NCBI GenBank assembly: GCA_951406725.2
Contig: OX597826.1
Location: forward strand, 62,806,001 to 62,870,000
Source: Octopus vulgaris
Lineage: Eukaryota
Direction of reading: 5' to 3'
Length of the DNA stretch: 64,000 nt
Shown: in pieces, positions 1 to 14,254 of the stretch
How the letters are laid out: each line of letters opens with the position of its first letter
Numbering within the stretch: the stretch's first letter is position 1
Notes under the pieces: model-generated
Seen by the model: the letters and a program-made list of their open reading frames with translations, nothing else
The model's database searches: none
What the model was told of the DNA's origin: nothing
Made by a program: the position numbers and the translations under genes

Positions 1-535
1 AGTCGATTATATCGACCCCAGTGCGTAACTGGTACATATTTAATCGACCCCAAAACGATGAAAGGCAAAGTCGACCTTGACGGAATTTGAACTCAGAACG
101 TAGCGGCAGGCGAATACCTATTTCTTTATTACCCACAAGGGGCTAAACATAGGGGGGACAAACAAGGACAGACATAAGTATTAAGTCGATTACATCGACC
201 CCAGTGCGTAACAGGTACTTAATTTATCGACCCCGAAAGGATGAAAGGCAAAGTCGACCTCGGCGGAATTTGAACTCAGAACGTAATGGCAGGCGAAATA
301 CCTATTTCTTTATTACCCACAAGGGGCTAAACACAGAGGGGACAAACAAGGACAGACATAGGTGTTAAGTCGATTACATCGACCCCAGTGCGTAACAGGT
401 ACTTAATTTATCGACCCCGAAAGGATGAAAGGCAAAGTCGACCTCGGTGGAATTTGATCTCAGAACGTAATGGCAGGCGAAATACCGCTAAGCATTTCCC
501 CCGGCGTGCTAACGATTCTGCCAGCTCGCCGCCTT
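1..535 (-). mobile_element. tRNA-derived SINE (Meta-domain-like core) with three tandem ~184-bp body units
   Basis: Head GGCGGCGAGCTGGCAGAATCGTTAGC, core GTCGACTTTGCCTTTCATCCTTTCGGGGTCGATAAATTAAGTAC; units start near 12, 195 and 379. Confidence 0.8.
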
Positions 536-956
536 GAATGCATGAAACATACCACGTTTCGGTGGACAACTCAAGACGACGTAATGAAATTCTAATTCTA
601 ACAAGAAGGAATTACATACAATGCAAGCGGAGATACGAAGCGAATACAGGAGGTCCCTAAGATAATTGATGGTTGATCAATAACACAACTATGAAGTGCT
701 GAAGGAACAGGTGCCAGATAACGGTACAGCTTTCATGACTTGACTGAGGTCTGAAAACACCGAGGAAAAATATCTGGGCATCCACATGACTTAGAGAAAT
801 GGAAAGTGAAGGTTCCTCTGATGCTAAAGAAGTAGCCACCTGTGTAAGAGTACTGCTCTTATTTCTATTTTCTATGGGGAGAAAACTGTCGCAAACCTTA
901 TTTACTGTACACTCCCACATACACACAAAGATACACATATATCGTTTTTTTAAAAT

Positions 957-1300
957 CTTTTTACTTGTTTCAGTAAATTTGACTGCGGCCATGCTGGGGC
1001 AACGTCTTGGAGAATGCGTTGAATGCACCAACCCCAGTACCTATTTTTTAAAGCCTGGTACTTACTCTATCGCTTGTTTTTGACGTACCGCTAAGTTACA
1101 GGAACATAAACACGCCAACACCAATTGCCCAACGGTGGTGAGGGGACAAGCGCAGACACACAGACACACACATACGCGCATATATACATATATAGGACAA
1201 GATTCTATCATTTTCCATCTACCAAATCCACTCAGAAGGCTGTGATCTTCTACTTTAGCCCGACGCTAGAGTAGAAGACACTTGCCCAAGGTGCCACGCA
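957..1300 (-). mobile_element. CORE-like tRNA-derived SINE with internal CA/TA microsatellite (5'-truncated)
   Basis: GCGTGGCACCTTGGGCAAGTGTCTTCTAC core; tail CAGCATGGCCGCAGTCAAAT.ACTGAAACAAGTAAAAG. Confidence 0.7.
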
Positions 1301-1581
1301 TATATATATATATATATATATGTATATGTATGTATACATATATGTGTGAGTGTGTGTGTATGTGTGTGTGTGCTTGTGTGTCTACATGTATGTATATTCA
1401 TTTACGTATTTGTCTGCATGTGTAAAGTTCCCACGCGTTCTCTAGTTCCATTTTTCTTTATAAAATTAATTTGGTAAGTGTAAGGGTCCATATGGCTAAT
1501 AAACATAGTATTAGTATTACTTTTGTCTTCTTCTCTTCTTCCCCCTAATTATTCCTATAATTATTATCATTATTGTTATCA

Positions 1582-1667
<86 letters not shown>

Positions 1668-1973
1668 GAGTGAGAGAGCAGTTCATGCCATCAAAGTGAC
1701 ACTGGGGTAAAATATACGAAGCCCAATATACCCATCATGACTACCCGTCTGATAAGGGTACACCAGGCACATGCATCACAACCATATGTGCGCGACATGG
1801 TGATCTCATATCAAGATAAACACCACATGACCTTGCATGTGGGGCTCAGTTAGAATTTTCTTCAGGTTGAGTAGCCCATCCCGCTCAAAAGGTCCCTGAA
1901 TAAGGGTTGTTTAAGAATGTTGAAAGAACCACCCATGTTTCCAGAGGTAAATTATTCAAACCCCAAATAATCC
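1668..1973 (-). mobile_element. ~300-bp non-coding insert in a (TAA)n array, probable 3' end of a microsatellite-targeting retroelement
   Basis: Complex sequence bracketed by (TTA)n on both sides; on the minus strand it ends ...TGCTCTCTCACTC followed by (AAT)n. Family not identified. Confidence 0.5.
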
Positions 1974-2029
1974 TATTATTATTATTATTACTACTACTAT
2001 TATTACTATCAATACTACTATTATTATTA

Positions 2030-2089
<60 letters not shown>

Positions 2090-2845
2090 TTATTATTAAT
2101 CATATTATGCTTGGTGCTGATACATTTAATGAAGTTGAGAACTAGTTATAAACCGAAGCACGTGAAAAATGTAAACAAGACTGAGAAATTGCAATTGAAG
2201 CAATCGTCAACATCATCATCATCATCACCATTATCACCACTTCCGCCACCACCATCAACATTTATTTTCTTTTTTATTGCTTTTTTATTCGTTAGTTTCG
2301 TTTTTCTTTTTCTTTTCTTTTTTTTTTCTTTAAACATGATTTCTTTTATTTAATGCGTATGAATTGGGGTTTATTGAGTGGGACAACTGGAAAAAATTTC
2401 GGGAGAAATTCTCTCAGAATTCAATTACATTTTTCATCCCTTCGGGGTTCAATATATGATAAGGTTGCAGAGAAGGTGATCTTAACTGATTGTACAACCC
2501 TCCATTTAAACTGTCCAAATGAAGCGCAGGTGTGTCTCTGTGCTTAAGAGAATCGCTTTGCAACCATACCATTTCGGGTTCATTTCGACTGCGTGGCACC
2601 ATGTGCAGGCGTCTTCTATTATAACCACGGGCTAAGCAACTTCTTGTGGGTGAATATGATACAGAGAAGCTACGTGGAAACCCTTTATAAATATACACAC
2701 ACACTCACCTACACACAAACACACACACACACACATACTCATATACAAAAAAAAAACAGAAAATTGGAAATTTTTGGTATCATTCAATATTGGATTGCAA
2801 TACTGGAATAAGCAAATGTACAGAGATTTACTCTATCTAAATATT

Positions 2846-3099
<254 letters not shown>

Positions 3100-3197
3100 A
3101 GCGAAACATGAAAGCACAAAGAGATGAACACAACAACGGGAGGACGTGGAAAAAGTATAATGTTATTGGACGCTTACCAAAGAAGGAAAGAAGGAGG

Positions 3198-3232
3198 GTT
3201 TAACGTTTCGAGCAGAGTTCTTCGTCAGAAAC
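3198..3232 (-). ncRNA. Minimal hammerhead motif in a PLE pLTR-like insert (~3095-3305)
   Basis: Reverse complement GTTT CTGACGA A GAAC-tct-GCTC GAAA CG TT AAAC; the insert begins at the end of a long (TA)n. Confidence 0.65.
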
Positions 3233-3331
3233 ATAGAAGAAGGAAAGATCCAAAGAAGGGAAGACGGAGGAAAAATATCGTAAAGAGGTACACCCGCGGT
3301 CACATTTTGAATCTATCTATCTATATGTATG

Positions 3332-3369
<38 letters not shown>

Positions 3370-3424
3370 GAGAGAGAGAGTGTGTGAGAGATAGATATAT
3401 ACATACATTCATGTATATATACTT

Positions 3425-3800
3425 TTACTTCTTTCAGTCATCTGGCTGCGGCTACACTGGAGCACCGCCTTTAATCGAACATAACAACCCAGGGCGTATT
3501 CTTTATACTTATTCTTTTTTTTGGGGGGGGGGGTTCTTTTGCCGAACCACTAATTTACAGGGACATCAACACTCCGACATCGGTTGTCAAGCGATGCAGT
3601 TGGGCCAACCACAGACACACACACACACACACAAATATATACACATATACACATAATCCGACGGGATTCTTTTAGTATCCGACTCCCAAATTCACTAATA
3701 AGCTATTGGTCGGCGCGTCGCTATAGCGGAAGACACTTGCCCAAAGTGCCAGGCAGCGGGACTGAACCCAGAACCATGTGGTTGTAAACATGCTTCTTAG
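3425..3800 (-). mobile_element. CORE-like SINE
   Basis: Same head (GGTTCAGTCCC), core and tail as the other copies. Confidence 0.7.
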
Positions 3801-4182
3801 CACATATATATAAAATGTGCGTGTGTGTTTGTTTGTGTGTGTGTGTGTGTGTGTGTGTGGAGACACATGGCTAAGTGGTTGGGGTGTAGCAGTCTCATGA
3901 TATCAAAATTGTGTTTTTAATTCCTGGTGCGGGTGATCCGTTGTGCTTTTGAGTAAACCACTTCATTTTGCGTTGCTCCAGTCCGCTCAGCTGGCAAAAA
4001 TGTATGGTCTTGTGATGGTCCGGTGTTCTTTCCAGCTAGGAGTAAATATGACTCAGAATCGGGAAACCGGTCTTCCGAGCCTAAAGTTCGGAGAGGAGCT
4101 TTCATCTATTTATATATTTCCATATGTGTGTGTATGTAAATGCATATATGTATATATGAAGGTATATGTGTGTATCATTTTG

Positions 4183-4218
<36 letters not shown>

Positions 4219-4464
4219 ACGGGCTTCCACACAGTTTCCATCTACCAAATATTCGCTCACGTATTGGTCCGCTCGGGGCAATTATCAGAAGACACTTGTC
4301 CAAGATGTACAGCAATGCTAAACCCTAAAGTAAGTTTCTTACCCTGACCCCCGCGCAGACACACAGGCAACTATGCCTGCGCCCTCCACACCCACATGCC
4401 TCGCTTGCTGCAATATACTTCATAGGGACGTCGACCCCAATAGGTTTGAGCTTAAATCATAAAG

Positions 4465-4724
4465 AGTAAAAGGGTAAAGACCCTCTTTGGTCATGAATGA
4501 CCATGGGATTGCACCTCTAAAATGTTACCCTCCGAGGCACAAGTCCGAGCAAGCCTGTTCATGAAAGACCAGCAGTCGCCCATGCATACCATCCTCCCCT
4601 CTCCAAGCCAACGGTGTTATCCAAGGGAACGGAAAACGCCGGTAGAACTTGACACCGTGGCGTTGCAACTAATTTTTACATCTGAGTGAACTGGAGCAAC
4701 GTGAAATAAAGTGTCTTGCTCAAG

Positions 4725-4728
<4 letters not shown>
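4465..4728 (-). mobile_element. SINE 3' portion (another CORE-like family)
   Basis: TTGAGCAAGACACTTTATTTCACGTTGCTCCAGTTCACTCAG core, also seen in plus-strand relics at ~3860-4080 and ~39045-39190. Confidence 0.55.
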
Positions 4729-4763
<35 letters not shown>

Positions 4764-4957
4764 CATATATATATGTATATAAATGGCGGTGCCCCAGCAT
4801 GGCCACAGCTTGTGAGCTGAAACTAGATAAATAAAAAAGTTTTTTTTTAATATATATATATAGATAGATGTATATTCTCATATATTTACTATAGTACTTA
4901 TATCTATTTAGGTATACGTGTATACATACATACACATACACATACATACACACACAT

Positions 4958-4989
<32 letters not shown>

Positions 4990-5510
4990 GTATGTATCTC
5001 AACGGCCCAGTGCAGGAATCGAACTGGTTACCTAATGATTGTGAGCCCGACGCTCTAACCGCTGAACCATGCGTCTTCATAAAGAGCCATTAATAAATAA
5101 CGCAAGGCATTTTGTTCGACGCGCTAACGATTTCACCTATCGAATCCAATGATAGTAGTGATAAAGCGAATTTTTTTTTTTCTCCCCAGGATTATCTTCT
5201 GGAATATCATATGGTGAAGAGTGTACACTCCTATAGTGGAAATGATGCAGAACCATGGTATATTCATCAACTGTGGTAAAAGGGAGGTGGTATAGTAGCA
5301 ACTTAAATCGTATTATTTGTTTCGTACGTTAAATTAATGTCACGGTAAAGCACCAAGATGAAATATTTAGTCGAATAAACTGACACTAGTACTTTTATGG
5401 AAAGAAATCCGAATCGCTCAGTTACGAACACGCAAAATAAAAAATCACGCCTTGTTAAGCAGTGGGGATGATATACGCAAGCTGTGATATAAAGAAGCAC
5501 ACATGCAAAT

Positions 5511-5583
<73 letters not shown>

Positions 5584-5692
5584 ATGAATTATATATATAC
5601 ATACATACATACATATATGTGTGTGTGTATGTATACACGTATACCTAAATAGAGATAGATACATTTCTAGAATTATTATAGTAAATATATCA

Positions 5693-5740
<48 letters not shown>

Positions 5741-5788
5741 TACATTCTTTTATGCGTTTTAGCCGAATAGCTGTGCCATGCTGGAGCA

Positions 5789-5831
<43 letters not shown>

Positions 5832-5846
5832 CATATATTTATATTA

Positions 5847-5907
<61 letters not shown>

Positions 5908-6970
5908 CATATGTTTGTGCGTGTGTGCGTGTGTGTGCGCGCGTTTGTGTATGATGAGCTTCCAAACAGTTTCTGTATACCAAATTCACCCACATTGGTC
6001 GGCCCAGTGTTATAATAAAATACACTTCAGCAAGGGTCTACGCAGTAGGATAGAACCCGATGCCGCGTGGTTTCAAAGAAAACTTCGTAACGACACACCC
6101 ATTCTTATAGCGTATCAGGTCTGCTGCACTATGATGTTATATAGTTACTATGGTATAAAAGAGATGGTACAGCAGCATGTTATGGATTGACGACGAAATA
6201 AAGGGGAGGCACAGCACCAAGTTACATGTATTAACTGATAGAGTACTACTATGCGTATTAAATAAGGTATAACAGAAGATGTTACAGAGCTATGATCTAT
6301 ATCAACTCAAGTATTATATGAAGTAAGGCAAATAATGATTAATGTTAATTTCTAATATACTTTAAGTTATTGTATATAATGTTTAGTGGATGGAAAACAA
6401 ACAATAGATAATTATATATTGAAGCAATGACACATTATCAATAAGTAACAAGGGAATTAAGTGCAAGCTTATTCCCGTCTTATTACGACGTCATCAGTAT
6501 CACGTAGATATCGACATATTTATTGAAGTAGTTACGAGAGAATATCTAAGTGCGGTGTAATGTTTATACCAGTTTATTAAGAATATTTTATGAAATGAAT
6601 TACGTACATTGAGGAGAGAATTACTCGGAGACGTCATCCTTAGGAAAAATATCAATTAGGCTTGCTGTAACCGATAAAATATGATGAGCAATGAGAAGAT
6701 GTGAATCTGAGGATAGTCGAAATGAATATGCGTTGAGCAAGAAATGAAACGACGATATTAATGTTTGAATAATATTGTTGTGAATATTTCACGTAGGGAT
6801 GCAACTACAGTTAGTTTCCAGTCTTATGATGACCACATTCAGAGAGTACTAAAACTTTGCTGAAGTAGTTATAGTAAAATCGCGAAAGAATTGTAATTAT
6901 TGTAAGTAGTTTTGTCTCTCTATATACAGTCACATTTTCACATACTTCCGGTGGTGCCAGTACATATGCT

Positions 6971-7063
<93 letters not shown>

Positions 7064-7064
7064 G

Positions 7065-7100
<36 letters not shown>

Positions 7101-7282
7101 CATACATACATACATACATACATACATACATACATACATACATACATACATACATAGACAGATAGACAGACAGATAGATAGACAGATAGATACACAACTA
7201 TTCTCTCTTGATACACACAAACACACACAACACAGACACACACACAAAATCTGACAAACTCACACGCGTACCGCACACACAT

Positions 7283-7351
<69 letters not shown>

Positions 7352-7536
7352 CATAACAAATACAAAGACTCACATATACGCATATGTACGCACATATGTA
7401 CATACAGCTGAAAGCATACCGACCGGCCATACTTTGCAATCAACATGATGGTGAATAGCCTACCCACCACCCCCCAACATCACATTCGCGCGATCTTGTT
7501 TCAGCGTTATAATTCTTTACCACCACTTCCTTCGGG

Positions 7537-7546
7537 TAGCAGCAGC

Positions 7547-7580
<34 letters not shown>

Positions 7581-7581
7581 A

Positions 7582-7621
<40 letters not shown>

Positions 7622-7628
7622 TGTGGTG

Positions 7629-7687
<59 letters not shown>

Positions 7688-7753
7688 GGTGGTGGTGGTG
7701 GTAGTGGTGATAGTGGTGGTGGTAGTAGTAGTAGAAGTTGTAGTATGGTGGTG

Positions 7754-7787
<34 letters not shown>

Positions 7788-7790
7788 AGG
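7537..7790. repeat. (TAG/TGG)n compound microsatellite at the start of the GPCR intron
   Basis: Direct reading. Confidence 0.95.
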
Positions 7791-7849
7791 GAGGAGGTGT
7801 GGAAATCAGCAGCAGTAAAGTGGCGAAGTACTAAAACATGCTTACTTAC

Positions 7850-9232
7850 CGAACTTTCGTTGAACACCAAATCAAGCTTATATCCAGGGATAATGTTTTT
7901 CTCGTTGATATGTTTAATTGCCAAACGAGCTGCGTGTAATTCCGACCTTCCGTAAGAATGTAATTCCGTAGATTCGAATAAGCCTCCAATATACAGTGTA
8001 GTTCGTAAATCCGTGTTGCCTTTGTCTTCTTCGTTTTCATCTTCTTCATTTTTTAAAATTTCATTTTGCGTTTTGGCTCGATATATATCATCGGCACTGC
8101 ATTCGCTCCCTCCCCTCAGCAAATATTGCCGTGGAGTTTCATCGGACCTTTCTTGGGACATTTCGCCGAGCTCTTCGCCAGAACTTTCATATGGTTCTGC
8201 TTGCGGCCCTTCACCGGAAAATTTGTGAGGACTTCCGTCGGATCTTTTCTTGGAAATATTGAGGGACCTTTCGCTCTTTTCCTGCGATGCCGGATCTTTT
8301 GGGGAACCCCTAAGAACGACAGCTTTGTTTCCGTCATTTTCATTTATTGCGTCTTCCCTAATTAAAGGAGTAGACACGAATGGAACGGCATCACTTGTTC
8401 GCCTTCCATCGCCCTCAACACTTCGATTAGCCCTGTTGACAATAATATTGTCACCACTGCTGTCAACCCGACCACTATCCGAAGTTTGATTGCTAAACTT
8501 ATACTGACGCACGTGGCCTTTGTTGTTTTCGTTAGAACTTATTCTACTGCTGTTATTATTGTTGTTGCTACTGATGTGGCTTTTGTTGCTGTTGTCATTG
8601 TTATCGAAGTTTTTGTAAATCGTGTATGCGTGTTTATGCTTGCTGTTCTTGTCAATATTGTTGTTATTGTTGTTGTTGTTGTTGTTTTTATTGTTACTAT
8701 TATAGTTCACGGTAGCTATAATCTCGCCCATTTTTGGTACTGAAGCAACTTTCTCACTCATAAGTTTCCGACGAGATGGTAGACGAACAAGGTTGTAGTG
8801 AGCATCAGCTGTTACGTAACGGCGATCGCGGTTCGAATCCAAACTAAGCAAATGCGGAGTAGTGGGTGTAATTCGTCCTCTAAGTACTGCAGGTTTGCTC
8901 GAACTTAAACTCAAGTTTGGGACCGAATTCGAGTTAGAGCCTAGATCCGGCTTTAGCTTGGGTCTAAGGTTCGAGTTGATATAGGGTTTGGGTGTAAGAT
9001 TCGGGCTGGTTGAAAATAAATTCCCTTTCAACATGGATGTAACATTGATCCACTGAGACTTAGTCTTGTATACCACCTGGGTAATGTCTTTTACTGCCGG
9101 GTGGAAAGACGCACCGTAGAATCCCAGACACGGTCGAATTAATAATAATATTAAAACGCGAAATAAATTGAATGAAAACCACGGCGAGAAAAGCCGTGGT
9201 GTAATCCCGGTGTTGGAGTTCGAGTTATTCAT
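7850..9232 (-). CDS. First coding exon (461 codons) of a GABA-B receptor-like class C GPCR, most like invertebrate GABA-B-R3/R2; downstream exons not found in the window
   Basis: ATG at 9232 is followed by a hydrophobic signal-peptide-like segment (LFRVLILLLIRPCLG). The C-terminal part LYIGGLFE..GRSELHAARLAIKHINEKNIIPGYKLDLVFNESS matches the start of the GABA-B Venus-flytrap domain. A consensus donor TCG|GTAAGT (7844-7849) sits exactly where the conserved Cys-Asp should follow (phase 0). The ORF beyond it is (TAG/TGG)n microsatellite read-through. Confidence 0.85.
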
Positions 9233-9624
9233 CAGGATATCTTCAATGATAACTTGTAACTGACCACAACAACAATAACAGAAACAACAACGACGACGAA
9301 GATAACGAAAAAGAAGGAGCGAAAACTAGCACACATTTATAGAGCTATGAGTGGAGACGGCAGTGGAGACGGCAGTGGAGACGGCAGTGGAGAGTCGGAA
9401 GAGGAGAGAATAAAAAGAAGAGGCGAAGGAGGAGGAGGAGAAGTGGGAAAAGAAGAAGACGAAGAAGAAGAAGAAGAAGAAGAAATAGAGTTAGAGGTAA
9501 ACGGAAGGAAGATACAAGAGGTGTAAGATTAATAAATGAGTAACGAGAATGAGAGAGGAAGAGATAGAAAAACAAGATTAAGAAGCGACGGAGATTGTGG
9601 GACGGAGAGAATGAGTGAGCGATG

Positions 9625-9656
<32 letters not shown>

Positions 9657-10766
9657 AATAGAGTGAGAAAGAAAACGTGCTGAATAGACAAAGAGAGGCG
9701 GAGAGAGTGTTTATGTATGAGTTTGGTTGCCTTTGTTTGTTATTATATAATTCCATAAAAGAAAAGAAAAAGTGTGCACATATGTACGTGAGGATAAATA
9801 AATATATGTATATGTGTATGTGTATGAGTATATATATATATATATATATATATGTTCTTATGATTCTGTGAATGCGTCTGTCGCTTTTGTTTTCGGCATC
9901 AAGGAAGAAGAAATAAAAAAAAAGAAAAAGAAAAGAAAACAAGAATACTACACAAAAGCGATTAAGAAACAACAACAAAAACAAACGAATGTATTCCACC
10001 CTGACGCGAGATTCGGTGTATCTGCGAAGTGGCCTGTGCAAAGCTGTTAAAGGCACTACTGTAGAATATGGTAACAGATACGAAGTTGCGTGGCATTCGC
10101 TTCAACAGCACAATCCATTATAACAGATTCACTGCTAAGGCCATTTTTGCACACACACACAGATACACATACACGCACACACAGACACACATACACGCAC
10201 ACACGCACACACACACGTACTCGCGCACACATAATCAGAAATAATCAAAACATGCGCACGACGCACACATGCAGACACTTGCATACACACATTATACAAA
10301 CAGCTGCATGCGTTATATGAATACATGATGCATATTATGCTGCAGAAAATTCCTAGATGCAGAGTTGATCAAAAGCATTTTGTTTGTTTGTTTTTTTGTT
10401 TCTTTTGTTGTTGTTGTTTTTTTTTTGTTTTTGTCGCTTCCTTATTTATATACATTTACGTTGATGGAGTTCTATCGTACATAGTTTCTAAATTCCATGC
10501 CTTGAAGAAATATCACAACAGACACCCCAGAGACCCACAACACAAACACACACACACACACACATACACATACACATACAAACAAATACCTGTATGTATG
10601 TGTGTGTGATGTGTGTATGTGTGTGTGTGTGTCAACTCGCACGCACATGTGTGTGCGTGTTTGTGTGTGTGCTCGTGTGCGTTTACGTGTGCATATATGT
10701 ATGTATATAAGGTTACACTGTTATTCGATTTGATTCGGAATACTGTATATTACTGGTATATATTTT

Positions 10767-10807
<41 letters not shown>

Positions 10808-11040
10808 TAGCCACGTAGTCGTCCACCAACAGAGTGCAAGGTTTCTTCTTCTTCTTCTTCTTCTACTTCTTCTACTTCTTCTTCCCCTCCTCCTCCACCT
10901 CCGTTTTCTTCTTTACTTCTACTTCCTACATATTACCTTTTTATTGCTGTCATTTTTCTTCCTATTTTTTTCTGTTTCACACACATATACACATGTGCGT
11001 GTGTTGTATATGTATACACATACACTCACGCATATCATTT

Positions 11041-11133
<93 letters not shown>

Positions 11134-11244
11134 TATAAATGTGTATAAATTTGTATTATCTCCCTAGTTTTATGTGCTAAGCCACTTGGTGTTAAATTGA
11201 TGGTATTATTAAATTAATATCAAATTTTTCACCCTCATTTATAA

Positions 11245-11281
<37 letters not shown>

Positions 11282-11504
11282 TTTATAGACTTGAGGAGGC
11301 AAAAACAAAATAGAAGTCAAAACATGAATATATATCTAAGTTTTTTCTTTATTATTAATAATCATTAGAATTTGCACAGTGACTTGAGGGCCGAGAGTTT
11401 CATGCTTTGCCAAGTCGGCCCTTAAATCACTTTGTAACTTATGCTGTTTAAAGATAAAATCGTGTGTGTCTGTGTGTTTGTGTGTGTGCATGTATATGTG
11501 CGTG

Positions 11505-11555
<51 letters not shown>

Positions 11556-11871
11556 GTGTGTACGTATGTATGTATGTATGTATGTATGTATGTATGTATG
11601 TATGTATGTATGTATGTATGTATGTATGTATGTATGTGTGTCTGTATGTATGTATGCATGCCTTTTATCATTTCAGGTCGATAAAACTGAAGGACAGCTA
11701 AATACAAGGGTCGATAGAACTGCTTTTCCCCTCCCTACAAAATTGCTATTTTTGAGCCAAAATTTGAAACAATTATTGTTTATTTGTGAGTGTGTGTGTG
11801 TGTGTGTATCTTTGAAATTTCTTTGTGTTCGCGTGAGACCAGTCAATGTTTGTTATTTTCAATCTTTGTAT

Positions 11872-11902
<31 letters not shown>

Positions 11903-12128
11903 CGTCTCTGTTTATGTATGAGAGTTTATATATGCGTATGTGTACGTATATGTGTGCGTATATGATCTCTTCGGATCCTCTCCTGCAGCCTTCAGCTTCA
12001 ACACGTCGCACACGAACAGCAATCTTTCCAAACAAATTCTAGTGGCACAAATGCACAGACACACAAGTACCCCACACATAGATAACACTCATATACACAC
12101 CTATATACTCACTCAGACACATACCGAT

Positions 12129-12159
<31 letters not shown>

Positions 12160-12463
12160 TGCATACACACAGAGGAATGTCAACAAAGAAAGAGACTTTT
12201 ACACTTAAGCGTGTGTGACGCATATATACACAGATGTATATAAATAGACGCGCTGGCCAGACACAGACACACCTGCTAACAAATCATAACCAGATACAGA
12301 CGTATATATATACGGACACCCAGCCAAACAGATATTCATGCACGCATGTTAGGCATACATAGAAGCACATACATACAGAGTCACAGGCACACACACACAC
12401 ACACACAGACACACAAACATTCACATACAACATACACCCGTATTCACAAATAAAGAAATTCTA

Positions 12464-12466
12464 TCG

Positions 12467-12502
<36 letters not shown>

Positions 12503-13044
12503 CCACCGACATCGTCATTGTGGTCATCATCGTTATTATCATCACCATCGTGCCCGCTATTATCCTCATCATCATCATCATCATCAGAGTCGTCGTCGTC
12601 ATCATCATCATCATCGTCATCGTCATCATCATCATCGTCATCATCACCACTTACGTTGCCATTATGGTCATCATCGTTATTATCATCACCATCGTGCCCG
12701 CTATTATCCTCATCATCATCATCATCAGAGTCGTCGTCGTCATCATCATCATCATCGTCATCGTCATCATCATCATCGTCATCATCACCACTTACGTTGC
12801 CATTATGGTCATCATCGTTATTATCATCGTCATAATCGTTAGTGTCATCGTCATCATCGTCATCGACATCATCATCATCATCATCATCTTCATCGTCGTC
12901 GTCGTCGTACTTACCATTATCAACATAATTACGATCACCAACACCAGAAGCGCCACGATCAGCAAAATTATCATCATCATCATCATCATCATCGCCATCA
13001 TCGTCATCATCATCATTATCATCATTGCCGTCATCGTCATCATC

Positions 13045-13075
<31 letters not shown>

Positions 13076-13078
13076 TCG

Positions 13079-13143
<65 letters not shown>

Positions 13144-13317
13144 GTCATCATCATCATCGTCATCATCATCGTCATCATCATCATCGTCATCATCATCATC
13201 GTCATCGTCATCATCATCATCATCGTCATCATCATCATCATCATCATCGTCATCATCATCATCGTCATCATCATCGTCATCATCATCGTCATCATCATCA
13301 TCGTCATCGTCATCATC

Positions 13318-13356
<39 letters not shown>

Positions 13357-13422
13357 GTCATCATCATCATCGTCATCGTCATCGTCATCATCATCATCAT
13401 CATCATCATTATCATTATCATT
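12464..13422. repeat. ~960-bp (ATC/GTC)n trinucleotide array with an internal ~142-bp duplication
   Basis: Direct reading; source of the poly-D/I/S/M ORFs. Confidence 0.95.
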
Positions 13423-14254
13423 CACAGTGCCCCCCACCTTCACTCTGCCTTCACCATCATTTCCATCCCCCCCTCCGCCAACACCACCACCAATTGCTAT
13501 CTAACTTCAAAATTATTTTTCTTACCATATTGTTACTTTCGCCAGTAAATCTTATTGAAAATATATGACACAGCAATATTTTTTAATTTTCGTTTTTTAT
13601 TTTATTTTTTTTTTGTTATATCGTGGAATGGTTCTAGCATAAGAATGGATTTAGCGGCCTTTCTCCCGGCTTTTTGCGTTCTGCGTTCAAATCTCGTCAG
13701 AGCCAACACTACCTTTTATCATTTCAGGTCGATAAAAATAAAGAACAACTAAGTACAAGGGTCGATGGAATCGCCATGCCCCTCCCCTCAGAATTGCTAT
13801 CTTTGAGCCAAAATTTGAAACAATTATTGTTTATTTGTTGTTTTTTCTTTCTTTCGTCTTTCGTTAGTGGACTCGGTGTAGCACAGGAAATGATTAGTGG
13901 CATTTGTCTCAGTACTTTACGCTCCGAGTTCAAACTCCGGCGAGGACATTTCCTTATATCCTCTCCTATCGATAAAATGATTTATCAGTCAAATACAAAA
14001 GCTGATACACTCGACTGATGTTCTCCTCCTAAAATTGTGCCAAATTGTGCCCGGTTCCAAAATTTGTCTGAAACTTTAGTTCGCCTGACAAAATGTCTTA
14101 GCAGTATTTTGTCCATTTCTACGTTATGGGTTCACCTTTCACCGAGTTCGACTTTACCTTTCATCTTTCTTGGTTGATAAAATAAACACTAATTGAACAC
14201 GGAAATTGATATAATGGATGAGCACCCTCTCGAACTCTAAAGGTCTTGTACCTC

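Noticed and set aside
740-800. EKYLGIH peptide resembling a LINE RT thumb motif
   Set aside because: Too short and surrounded by stops; cannot be supported without a search.
6460-6500. CTGATGA-CGTC..GACG hairpin on the minus strand
   Set aside because: GAAA box replaced by GGAA and no helix I; at best a relic.
7517-7849. C-terminal poly-Thr/Tyr/His tail of the 571-aa ORF
   Set aside because: Lies past a consensus GTAAGT donor and is a TAG/TGG microsatellite; intronic read-through.
12421-13548. 340-aa poly-Asp ORF (resembling acidic biomineral proteins) and overlapping poly-Ile/Ser/Met ORFs
   Set aside because: An ATC/GTC array open in several frames by construction; no signal peptide or splice support.
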